A stretch of 64,000 bases of DNA from Klebsormidium nitens (lineage: Eukaryota > Plantae > Klebsormidiophyceae). Shown in pieces: positions 10,260-21,104 of the stretch. The notes below the pieces were generated by a model. That model had not been told where the DNA came from and ran no database searches. It saw only the letters and a program-made list of their open reading frames with translations. Location: contig DF237271.1 of assembly GCA_000708835.1 (NCBI GenBank), positions 38,855 to 102,854 of the forward strand, in the 5' to 3' direction. Position 1 is the stretch's first letter, and the number at the start of each line of letters is the position of its first letter. A program made the position numbers and the translations under genes.

Positions 10260-13200
10260 ATGTCCTTTTCGGCTGCGGCTGCTAAGCCTCTTGGCAGTCG
10301 CTTGGCTAAATTACAGCAGATAGGCCTGATCCAAAACCCCAGGCTGACAGCTTCCTACCAACCAGGAGCGGCTGGGAACACTTATTGGATTTCTGACGCA
10401 AGTGGAACATCTTCCCTTATGCTTGGACAAATTATTGGAACCAGCATAAGGGGTTGCGTCAGCAGCGGGGTCGGCAGAAGAAGGGCGGTCTCTGTGCCTG
10501 TTGCAGCTTTTATGCTGGCATCCGTCTTCAGTGTTGGACAGGGATCTGCTGCCATGGCTGACGAGGTACCTGTAGATGAGAACTCAGGTATGCACGGCCT
10601 GCTTTGAGTAGGCTTATATTCATCAATCGCAGATCGACCACCCTACTTGCTGGAAATGGCAATATATCCAGAATCTTTCAATGAAGGCGAGTGCTCCTTA
10701 TTTGAAGAAGAGCCAATGTGGGGCTGTAAGATGCCGTTATGCACGGTCATTTTACTGCTTTTCTTGAAAGCTGCGTTTTTCAAGTAAAAGGTTCTGCTCG
10801 CAAGTAACCTGTGAAAGGGCCTGGAGGAACTTATTTGCTGCTGGCTTGCATATTAATTCCTTGATAGTGAAGTGCTTGTATGCTGGCAAACAAGATCTAC
10901 ATTGTCTCTAGCAGTTTCCTCCCTTGTTCTACTTCTTCTCCATGACGATGTTGAACAGCAATGACTGTGCGATTTGGTACATGCAATGTTCTTTGGAAAT
11001 TTTAGCATCTGATGGAACCATAAGAATGGCAAAGAGTCTGTGGAAATGAAGCTCCTCACTGTCTCAGGCGGGTTTTGTCAGAGTTGATATGTCAAGATGA
11101 TTCTTTTTCCATGCCAGAGTATGAGGCACCATCTTACGCATTGACCTTTGTTCACTAGGATAATGTAGGCCTGACAAGCCTGCTTTGAACCAACAATATG
11201 TTTCTCTATGCCCTTTCATTATTGAGACAACTCCAGGGAGCTCTTGATTTTTATTGGTTCATATGTGACCTGCAATCCTCCAAACTTCTAAGACTCAATG
11301 ACTGTCTGAAAGCTTACCAACTTTGGATCCATATCAAATTTGAAAATACAACTGGAACTGAGTCCTACAAAATGGACTCGTCCAGGTTGTCGCGTTGCTG
11401 GCGTACCCCTGGCAGCTACTGCACAGCACATTCCCCAGTACTGCCAGTCAACAATGCAAAGTGCGTCAATCCCCTCACATTGATCACCTGTGCAGCATAC
11501 ATGGCGTCCTGAATTGGATTTGCCAATTCTAGGGACTTTCTAAGTGATTCATGTCAATCAAAAGGTTTGGTGTCAATGTCTACCCTTTCAGACAGTCAAC
11601 AATCGCTACAAGAACTGCACCAGATTCAATGTAATGAACTTCATAGCCTTCATTCGTGTTCTGCAGATGAAGTGACCAAGTCAGGAGTTGCATCGTTCAA
11701 CACTAAAGCAGCCAAAGCGTCGCAGGCATTGGACGATGAGAAGAGGTTCAAGGTAATTGATATGTGCTTTATTGAGTCCGAAATCCCAAGGCGCAATGGT
11801 CAAGATCCCTGTGAGACTGAACCGGAGCCTATATAAGAGGGTTACTGACAAACCGTACAGTCCTCTCTCGTCTTCCCACGTTACGTGTTCAATAGAAGCA
11901 TCTCGTCTTCCCACGTTACAAGTTCAATAGAAGCAGACAAGCCAGAATTGTATTGCCCTCTTTTTCCATTGGTTGGGAGCCTTCGTCCACAAGAAAAGTC
12001 TCAGCTCAGTATTGATCAGTTGTTTGGGAGAGAAGAAGACGCTGATCAAGCAGAACTGATAATGTGTGAAAGGAGTAGACCCCTGAAAACATCAAGGAGA
12101 ACGCAAGGGATAACAACAGAGACAAGACATGAGGCAGCTTTGAGACCCTATGGATCCTTCCGTTGTCCACCCTATCGGTCGTCCAGAAGCTGATCAGACC
12201 CTTCAAAAGATTCCCAGAAGAAGTTTCTCAGGGAACGCAAACCAGACAGAGACAAGAGAGAGAAGACACAAGGCACCCTGTAGATCTCATAAAGCCTTCT
12301 CTCTCTGTTTTCTAGGTTGTGCACTTTGTACGACACGGTGAGGGGTATCACAACATTGGATTTGAGAGCCTGGAGGACACGCACCTGACTGCCAATGGCT
12401 GGAGCCAAGCTGGAAAGCTGCAGAAGCACCTCAACAACTTGCCCAAGCCACTGGACTTGGAGGTGAGAACCAGCGGCAAGATTGGGAGGGTGTTTCATGG
12501 CTTGGATGCCTGTGAGAGTTTGAGCTGACAGTCAACTCCTAGCTCTCGCTGCGGAGCTTCTGCTACAGTATCTTTGGAACACATTGATTAGAAGAGTCCA
12601 TGAGATAAAGAGTAGATTAGGATTGGGGCAAACCCTTTTCTTGGATGCATCCTGTATCCGGCTGCTTCGACCATTCTGGTTATAAGAGCTAGCAGCAAAT
12701 TAGAAGCGAGAGTCTCTGGTACTGCGCTTTGAAGCGACCTCGATTCGTATAAGTGCGTGATGTACTTCACAACACGAATTTGGCGATGGCAAGTCCGAAG
12801 AGGACAACACATGATCGAGTCAATCCGCAAATTTGTCACCGACATATCTTGCCGCTTAAGCCCCGCGACTCAAAATTGTGACGTCTCTCTAAAGAGCCAC
12901 ATCATCTCCCGCTCCTTAAACCGTCCTACTAACTTTTTCAATCAGCCACTGCAATCTGCTCTTCAGGTCGTCATTGTGTCCCCCCTCTTCCGTACCCTCG
13001 AGACTGCCAGCGGCGTCTTTGGCGGCGGCACGATCGACAACGGGCAAAAGATGCTGATGCTAGAGCAGACCCCCGTGCACAACGAAGTTACGCGCCATTA
13101 CGCGATCGCCGAGAGGCCTGGCGTGCCATTCATTGCCAATGAGCAATGCCGGGAGCGAATGAGTGAGTGCTTGCAATCACGATAATCGTTCGCTTAGTGA

Positions 13201-16200
13201 CTGTTCATAGTGGCTTCTTCTTTCGCATGCTGAACCTTAGGATTCAGCATCTTGGCTTTCTGGCTTAAACTAAGGTCAGGACTGTTTTGGACGAAGAGGT
13301 CAAAGGCTGGCATTCCAAATGTCGTACCTCACGCTTGATTTTCTTTTGTTTTTACTTGGGCAGCTCTTAAGCGGCATGGGACATTTACTTGCACCTATGC
13401 AAGAGCGTTGCGAAGAGGCACCGTTGCAGGTAAAACTAAAGTTCCTGCCAGGTGGTTTGATTTTGACGAGATTGACATCTCCTTCTGATCAGGCACTCTG
13501 CCTCTCGTTGAGGGGAGGAGGAAGATACATGCAATCATCCCTGCCTCGTGTTCACCACTCAAGGAGGGGTCCTGGACAGCGAGACGAGAGAATCGTGTTG
13601 TGCTAGTTTGATAGCTTGGCTTTAAACACGCGCTTGGACTTCTCTGCCCCGTGCTCACTTTGCGCACGAGTCGGGCCGAATCTCGTAGTCACAAAACGTA
13701 TGGGAGAATGGTCTGCTTTCGAATAACGGGCAGCCGGACGAGCCACTCACCGCTTCCCCTGCGACCTGCCTGCAGCGTCGTAAGTAACACAGCGGATTCA
13801 CTTTCGAAGCAGCACAACCTATCGTTTTATTGGTGGCAGATTATGACAGCTACATGACAGCTTTTGTTTCCATTTTGCAGGCCTGAATCGGTGCGACCGG
13901 CGACGGAACCTCTCAGAGACGGCCAAGAACTTTCCGGGCGTGGACTTCAGCCTGATCGAGCACGAGAATGACGTCATGTGGGACCTGAAGCACGACGAGG
14001 CCGTGAGCGCGGGCGCCGTCGGCAGCCGGTACTTCATCGGAGAGAAGGGTGACGCGGTTGCGGAGCGGGGGATGAACTTCTTGAAGTGGGTTATGGACAG
14101 GTAAGGCGCCGATTCGTGAACAGCCGAGACACAACTTCCTGACTCTGTTGATAGTAGACGGTATTACGATCGGTTTGCTCTTCTTAATAAGTTCAGGGTC
14201 AGCTTTCTACAAGGATTGGCGGTTGGTGAGACGCTGTCTTGAAAGGTGTTGGACGCTTTCCGCTTGGGCCCAGAGGAATTGGATATCCTATCCAAAAGGT
14301 CGTAAAGAAGCAGAAGAGCCACCCATGTACTTGATGGGTTCCCAGTCCGACAAGCACCTGGCAGGTCAATTCTCAAGTCGGCCTCATATTTCCTGCCGCT
14401 AAGCTAGCTTTCCCAGGCCGGAAGAGCTCCCAGACATGGGGCATCGACTGCTGCGGGTTCTTGTATGAAGCGCCCAAGTGTTTCTTGCTGACTTTTGGCC
14501 CACCCTGCGAACTGAAATGTTTTAGCCCGACCGCCAACGGATGCCTCTTTCACCTACTTCGTTCAGGCAGGGATAGCACTGGGGCGCAAAATCCGACTGT
14601 GCGGTCGTTCACAAACGAGAACATCGAGTGCATCCTCACCCGAGAGTCAAATCACGACTGCTAATCTTCGACTATGAACGACTTTTTACGCACAGACCAG
14701 AGACCGGGGCTTTGTGTTCTTCGCTTTATCATGAGAAGCTCGACGCTGCATCCTGACTCTGACTCCCTACACCCGCCAGCAAAGCCCCGTCTCTCAACCC
14801 ACTTCTTGCGGGCCAGAGAAGTACTTTGACGTGGTTCCGATACCCATCCTGCACCAGACTTTCATGGGTCACTTCCAGCCTTTTTCTAGACCCTGACGAC
14901 CAACCGTTTCCCATCCAGTTCAAACACCCTTAAACCTCATACTCAAGTCAAAAGTCGGACTAGAAACACTTTGGCCGCCACGAACGGAAACAGACTGGCC
15001 GGTCTTATTTCGGTTCTGGAACGTTCCTCGACTCGATGCCGCAACATCAGCAGTAGCGATAACTGCGTCGAAAGTATGGCCCTTATCAGAGTCAACGCTC
15101 TGTGGCAAACTGGCAGTCACATCCCCCCTGCTTAACGCATCTGCGCCTGCTAAACCCTAGATTCAACCCGCTTTTTGCATGCAGGCCGGAGAAGTACCTG
15201 GGCGTGGTTTCTCACTGCGCGTTCCTGCACGAGACATTTACCCGTGACTTCTTAAGTCTTCCTTCGAACCCCGACAACCGACCAACCCTCATCTCTGATT
15301 CAAAAGTCCTAAATACGACCGCTAAACCCTGTTTTTAATCCGCTTCTCGCAGGCCGGAGAAGCACCTGGGCGTGGTCTCCCACTGCGCATTCCTGCACGA
15401 GACGCTGCAAGCGGCGGCCAAGGACAGCCCGCCGGAACTCGCGCAGGCGCTCTCGCGCGACTTCCGCAACTGCGAGATGCGCTCCGTGGTCTTTGACAAG
15501 GACGGCAAGCCGGTGGAGATCCTGAAGGACACCTACTACGCGGGAGGTGAGCGTGGAACCGGGAACTTTAACGGAATCTGTGTATATGGGGTCCTCGGTT
15601 TGAGAGGTTACGGATTTAGGTCAATGTGAATTTCTCATCGCAAGTCAGTAGAAAACTCAAAAGCAGAGGTTACGGATTTGGGTCAATGTGAAATTTCTCA
15701 TCGCAAGTCAGTAGAAAACTCCAAAGCAAGGTACGCATTCCTTATTAAAGTTTTCTTTGGGAAGTAGCAAGGTGAAATGCTTTGGGAAATACTGGTGAAT
15801 CTATTCCTTCTTCGCATAAGTCATGCTCAATCAGTTAGGCAGGGCATGTAGAGGTTTGTGTGGTTTTAAAGATTGTCTGTCTACTTTGACGCACTGAATT
15901 GCACGAGGAGTCGCCCAATGCCAAGGGGCAGTACCGTCCCCACAACCAGCGGTTGAGGATCTATTTTCCAAATCCTTCTTATGATTACTCTATTGAAACC
16001 AGCAGTAGGTAATCATTCACATGCGAGACCCAAGTATCTTACAAGCGGGAATGGGAGGCAACCGAAACCAAAGGAGCTCGGGCATTGGAATCTTGTAGAG
16101 CTCTCATTCTCGTTTCACGGCCTTGACCCGTTGGACGTCCGGTTGTAAAGCTTCGTAACTTGTCCTTGGCATGCAGGTGCTCCCCGGTACTACCTGTTCC

Positions 16201-16268
16201 CCCTCAACTGGGGAAAGCAAGCTGTGGGGTCCTTGGTTGGAGAAGTCAAAAAGAGAGTCCCGTGGTAG
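10260..16268 (+). CDS. Histidine phosphatase / phosphoglycerate mutase-like protein with a bipartite (Tat-type) plastid targeting peptide
   Basis: Phase-consistent exons 10260-10587, 11667-11752, 12316-12462, 12967-13162, 13881-14100, 15353-15546; last exon tentative (16177-16268). Motifs: VHFVRHGEGYHN, VSPLFRTLETA, CRER, CDRRR, FPGVDFSLI, VVSHCAFL, FRNCEMRSV. Exon 1 ends GRRRAVSVPVAAFMLASVFSVGQGSAAMA-DE. Confidence 0.86.
11866..11935. repeat. Intronic tandem repeat, 2 x 35 bp
   Basis: TCTCGTCTTCCCACGTTAC(GT/AA)GTTCAATAGAAGCA twice, period 35. Confidence 0.9.
14779..15403 (+). repeat. Serial decayed copies (~170-bp unit) of the branch/acceptor and first ~50 nt of phosphatase exon 6
   Basis: Functional: GCTAAACCCTG...CTTCTCGCAG|GCCGGAGAAGCACCTGGGCGTGG...CCTGCACGAGAC (15353). 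Copy at 15185 is near-identical (GCAG|GCCGGAGAAGTACCTGGGCGTGG...CCTGCACGAGAC). Copy at 14811 is more decayed (CTTCTTGCGG|GCCAGAGAAGTACTTTGACGTGG...CCTGCACCAGAC). The sequences following the two copies also resemble each other. Confidence 0.85.
15603..15728. repeat. Tandem repeat, 2 x ~62 bp
   Basis: AGAGGTTACGGATTT(A/G)GGTCAATGTGAA(A)TTTCTCATCGCAAGTCAGTAGAAAACTC(A/C)AAAGC at 15603 and 15665. Confidence 0.9.
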
Positions 16269-17111
16269 TTTCACATCAGGACTTGGCAATGTTAAGAAAG
16301 GTCATTTGTTATTCTTTGTACCAATTTGTGTACAGCACGCGAAGCTGAAGTTGGGCTCAGACCAGTCGAGTACATGCATTGATTGAGATGGACAAGCAGT
16401 GATGGTCTGTCTTCTGGCGCGCAATTGGATACGTGGAGCGCGAGAGCAATCAACGTACGTAGCTTCCGACCCAGGAAAATCATTCGAAGTTGGGTATCCG
16501 TCACATATACATTACTAAGGATCTGGTGCGCGGTTGTCAACCCGGACTCATCGAGCTGTCGCCATTGCATGCGGAAATTGGTTTCTTGCAAAAAAGCTTA
16601 ATACGCGCGTGCAGATCTGGCGTACATGTAACATAATTTCTGGATATCCACACAGCCCGCGTGTAATCACGATTTCCACTGAATACCGTATCCGATGCCA
16701 TTATTACCATTTAACAATCTGAGCGCATCTAACATTGATACTTCCGGCTGGCGCGCCCGGCCATATATGTATTCCCAGCTTGCATACTATATACTTGCAA
16801 CATTCGATAGGTGGTCAAATTAACAAGAAGTGAATGTATGTAAGCTACAGTGACTGAGTGTAGGGGTCGCATAGCTGGTGCGGCCGATCGATCGAACAGA
16901 ATTGAGGACAGGCCCTTATTCGATTAGCATATGAGGTCCTCATGCCGCACATTAACTATTACGAACTCATGGCTGCTAGCAATCATAGAGGGCAAAATAG
17001 ATCCCCTCCAGTTGCAATAGGCGCTAAAGCTTTGTTGCATTTTTCAATGTAGTCGGGCATTGGTTGGGCGACAGTAATGCTACAATCGCAATGGTCCCTC
17101 CCTAAGTTTGT

Positions 17112-20100
17112 TCACGCTCGACTTAGCTTGACCTTGACAGTGACCTCTCCAGTGCACGTCTTGTAGCAAGATGACTTCACTTCATCCCAAGACATTCCAA
17201 ACAAGTCACCATACCCTAACGAACTATCATCTGCTTGTGACAATTCCCAACAGGATTCGGACTTCTTCAAAAGCGCCCACCAACCGCTCCGCCAGCTGCG
17301 TGCATAAAAGGCGACGTTGACCCTATCGGCCCGTTGCGCAGAGGGCGCACCTCGTCGACCGGAACAATACAGGTGCACCCCGACAGTGGCTGGTTGTTTG
17401 TCTCCACGCACCTTCAACTTGATCCACCAATATCTTTCTGCCCACTGCACAACGCGACTCGCTTCTGGATTACCAATGTCCGCCAGTCTCACCGTGAGCA
17501 TGACCTCAATGTTTGATTCCGCAATGCCCCTCCGTTCGTGGAAGCGCCTCGTCGCGGACGCCCGCAGCTTTTCCTCATCAGACCACGTTCGGAAGGACAA
17601 CGCTTCTCGCACCAATGCTTCGACCTCGACTGATCGCATTTCCGGCATTCCAAGGACGTCCCTTTCTAAGAACTCCCCCCGCATGCGCCCAAAGCGTATG
17701 CTCGGCGCCAGGCTCCTCATCACATCCTGCTTTGACGCCGGTTCGTCGACATTGCTGGAGAGCCACGTCATCACGGCCCGGAACACTTGTTCCTCGTCTG
17801 CCGCCTCTAGTTCTTCCGACTCCAGAAGCAGCTCCACCGCCTTCTGATTCAATGCCAGAAACTCGGAGCAAGACGCCCAGTCGAACACTCTCTTAAAGCG
17901 CCCTACGAGGATCTTGCGGGCATTGTTGATCAGCTCCCCAAACTCCTCCCTGCTGGAAAGAATGGCATCGGGGATTGCCAGGATGACCTCAGCAACGGCA
18001 AAGTTGTCCAAGCGTTGCCGAAGAACTAGGTTGATGCTGGTCAGCAGGGAGCCGACTCCAAACTTGTCACCGGCCAGAACTAGGTCGACGAGCCAACTGA
18101 CGGGTGTGGCGGGATCGAGCAGCCAGTCTGAGAGGCGCCCGGCGTAGATGAAGCGAAGCATCTCCAGAAAGGCTGCTTTCTCTGCGCCCACCCGTGAGAG
18201 AAACATATGTTAGTGAGTTCAAACCAACGCTGTAAGAGGTCATTCTGAATGGAAGTCCTTTCTCGTGGAGCCAGCAGACGGGAATGACCAGCCTTTGAGA
18301 GACTTCGATCAACCACGGTCGGCTCTATGTAACAATAACCATCGCAATGAGTCCAAGGCCTCTCAACTTGTAGACGACGCGGCCCTTGATGATTATTTAC
18401 TGCTCGAGCGAGGAAACACGGACTGTAAAGTTAGGGAGCGTCCAGCCTCCCTTCCACATGCTGCGCTTTGATTGCGTCTAGTTCCTGCTATCATCCCTTG
18501 TCCAGCGTTTGCAAGTCCTGTTTCGCCTGTTTCACATGGAAATCTGTATTTGGCTCAGAAGTCTTGAAGAAACGCGGTGACATGGACGAACAGTATCAGA
18601 AGGATCCTAAGAAACACTTGAAGGGTGACGCAATTCGTAAGACGAAGTCCTATCAAGAACCCTCTAAGGCAATCAGCTGCAAGTGCCATCCTGGTTAAAT
18701 CATCCAGTAAGCTCCGCCACTTTCAAACGAAAGCAGATAATAACAGGAGCTCCTGTCCTTTGTAGAGTTCAATGGTCCTACTCTTGGAAGCAAACACCTC
18801 GTCTTGACAGGTGATGAGGCAGGGCACACCACGCACCTCGCTGAGTAACCTTCAAAACAATCGGGGCGTCCCGCTGCGACTCCTTCATCCTGGACAGCAT
18901 CATGGTCCTCAGCACGTCGCTCTTCGCCGCAACAACAGCCGCGCTGATCGGAACCTCCTCTGCCTCGTCCTCTCCGTGAGTGCTCTCCCTCGCATCGCCC
19001 TCAGCCATACAGATCATCGCTTCTCTCAACGGACTCCTGTGCTTTTCCATCTCCTCTTCTGAAAGGCCTCTCGCGCCGCTTTCTCCAGCCTTTGCACTCT
19101 CTTGGGGATCTTCTTGGCCCTCGAGCAAACCCTCCCCATGGGACTCCTCTGCGGCTGGATCATTTTGAGACTTACTTGCACCCGCTCTGTCATCGCCGTC
19201 CGAAGCAGGGCTTGCAGATCCTGACTGTCCTGCAGAGCCTGCCCCTTCCAGATCTCTCGGCCGCTTCCTACCGGTGATCCTTTCGCCCGCATCTCCACAG
19301 TCCCCTATATTCACTTGCATTTTGAGACCGTTTGCCTCTCTCTTCCCAGTGCATGTTGCAGTGGCTGTGCAATGAACCGCCTGATTGACAACTGCAGCAA
19401 AGCAAAGCCAACATCTGAGCACAAAGGGTCGGAGTTGTTTTGTTCTTGTGCTTTGAGAGTGTGCCTCGAAAACTTGGTGAAGAACTGTGTTGTTGACGTG
19501 CGTCAGGTGAGTTAAAGTAAATCTCAATAAAGCTAATAGCCCTTGGGTACTGTCCTCAAGTCTGATTTTTCAGACTGGTGGTTGCTAAGTCTCACAGAAG
19601 ACGCACTCAAAGCACTCCCCAAACTGATCCCATTCTCCTTAAGGCCTCTGTCAAATCTCCTTGGGTTTGACCTGTAAGCACAGGCCAGAAGGGCTGATGT
19701 TCCCCCTGGGCCACATAGCTATGGAATTGCAGCACTGAGTTCCAAGTTGCCACCATGTCACTGCTCATTTGGTGAAGAGGTTGCCTATGGTAGACCCAGG
19801 AACTAAAGAAGGCAATCAAACCGGCCTCTTAATGGTTGAAAGCAAGAGCAGTCTGAGATGTGATTACAGACCTGGCGAAGAAGTGTTGTCCTGAAGAATC
19901 TCCAGCCGGATGATCCGGTCACAGAACTCTTGCTGCCTGCAGGCAAAGCACAGGGCAATGCGTCTGTAATGTGAGATCCTTATGATGGGGAACTGAGAAA
20001 GGCTTCATCGGCCAGCTGATGAAGGCATCCCTCTCTGGAACTCAGCCAACATCTCAAAGATAGACCTCAGTTCTGTGTGATGCCAATTGTCAGTTGACAA

Positions 20101-20447
20101 ACAAGCCCTTCAACTTTTGAAGCATGAAGAGTCTTGATGGAAGTTGGAACTTTGGGAAAAACTGAGCCTATCCGCTTCTTTGCTTGTCAAATCGTCTGCT
20201 CAAAGCTCCATGGAATGGCAGCTATAACATCAGTAAGATGTGCCTCTCTGTCTTTTCCCTAACCAATTATGCACACAGCTTCAATCAGGCAATGAGATCA
20301 TAATGACATTGAGTTGAAAACACATGACGTTGATGAGAGCGAGGAGCTTCTGGTGCCTCACTTGTAAAAAGGAAGAAAGTCAAAGACCCGCGGGTCTTCA
20401 CTGTCCCTTGGCTTGGAGCTGGAGGGACCTCCATCTGAGCTAGCCAT
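17112..20447 (-). CDS. BTB/POZ-BACK protein, divergent LRB/POB1-like (putative CUL3 E3 substrate adaptor)
   Basis: Phase-consistent exons 20447-20362, 19936-19872, 19391-18837, 18181-17112. Motifs match remembered LRB/POB1 features: FDFLPFYKQQEFCDRIIRLEI, ISAAVVAAKSDVLRTMMLSRMKES, EKAAFLEMLRFIY, LVLAGDKFGV, LLESEELEAADEEQVFRAVMTWL, IRFGRM, RRFHERR, LGYGDLFGMSW. Confidence 0.9.
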
Positions 20448-21104
20448 TTGCAGGTTGCTTCAGATGCCCGCGCACCCAACTGTCTGAAGGCAGCACAATG
20501 CAGTATCGATTATAGTGAGCCACAGCTCACCACACTCCCCTTCCTCTTTTCCCTTCTCCTCGATTGACTTTCACAATCGTGCAATAGCTTTCCCGAGGCT
20601 GCACATTGCAAGCTTGCTAGCTGCTTTCAGTTTTAATAACTTTTAGCTAGCTGTGGCTGTGTCCTAGACCTTTGCTACAGCCTACCGGTACTTTGAATCC
20701 CAGCTTTCGATCAGGCTCGTCTAGTTTCTGAAAACCTTCGTTTCGAGCCAATGAGAAGTGTTGCCGCAAGATCCTTTACCATTATCGGTATGCTTTAATG
20801 ACGTCAGCTGCAACTTGATTGGCCTGTCTGCTCACGTGGTACATCTCAGATCCACATTCGCGCCAGAATTTTGTGTGTCAAAGTTGGACGAGTCACGGTC
20901 CTGGAATGCATGCAAAGCGCTTTGTCACATTGTAGTTGTAGGATAAACATCAAGGTCGCTTGCCAGCAGTGTTTCAGCACAACCTTGACCTGTGCCCATT
21001 GGTTGCTCGGTGGCAGGGGACCTTGGGATCTGCTTTAAGTTTTGCAAGCCCAAGGGCAGAGCGCATGCGTTGTCCTGGTTCCAGATTGGCAGAACGTCTC
21101 CTAG

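Noticed and set aside
17317-17896. Plus-strand ORFs of 176 and 127 aa
   Set aside because: Antisense to the BTB-BACK terminal exon.
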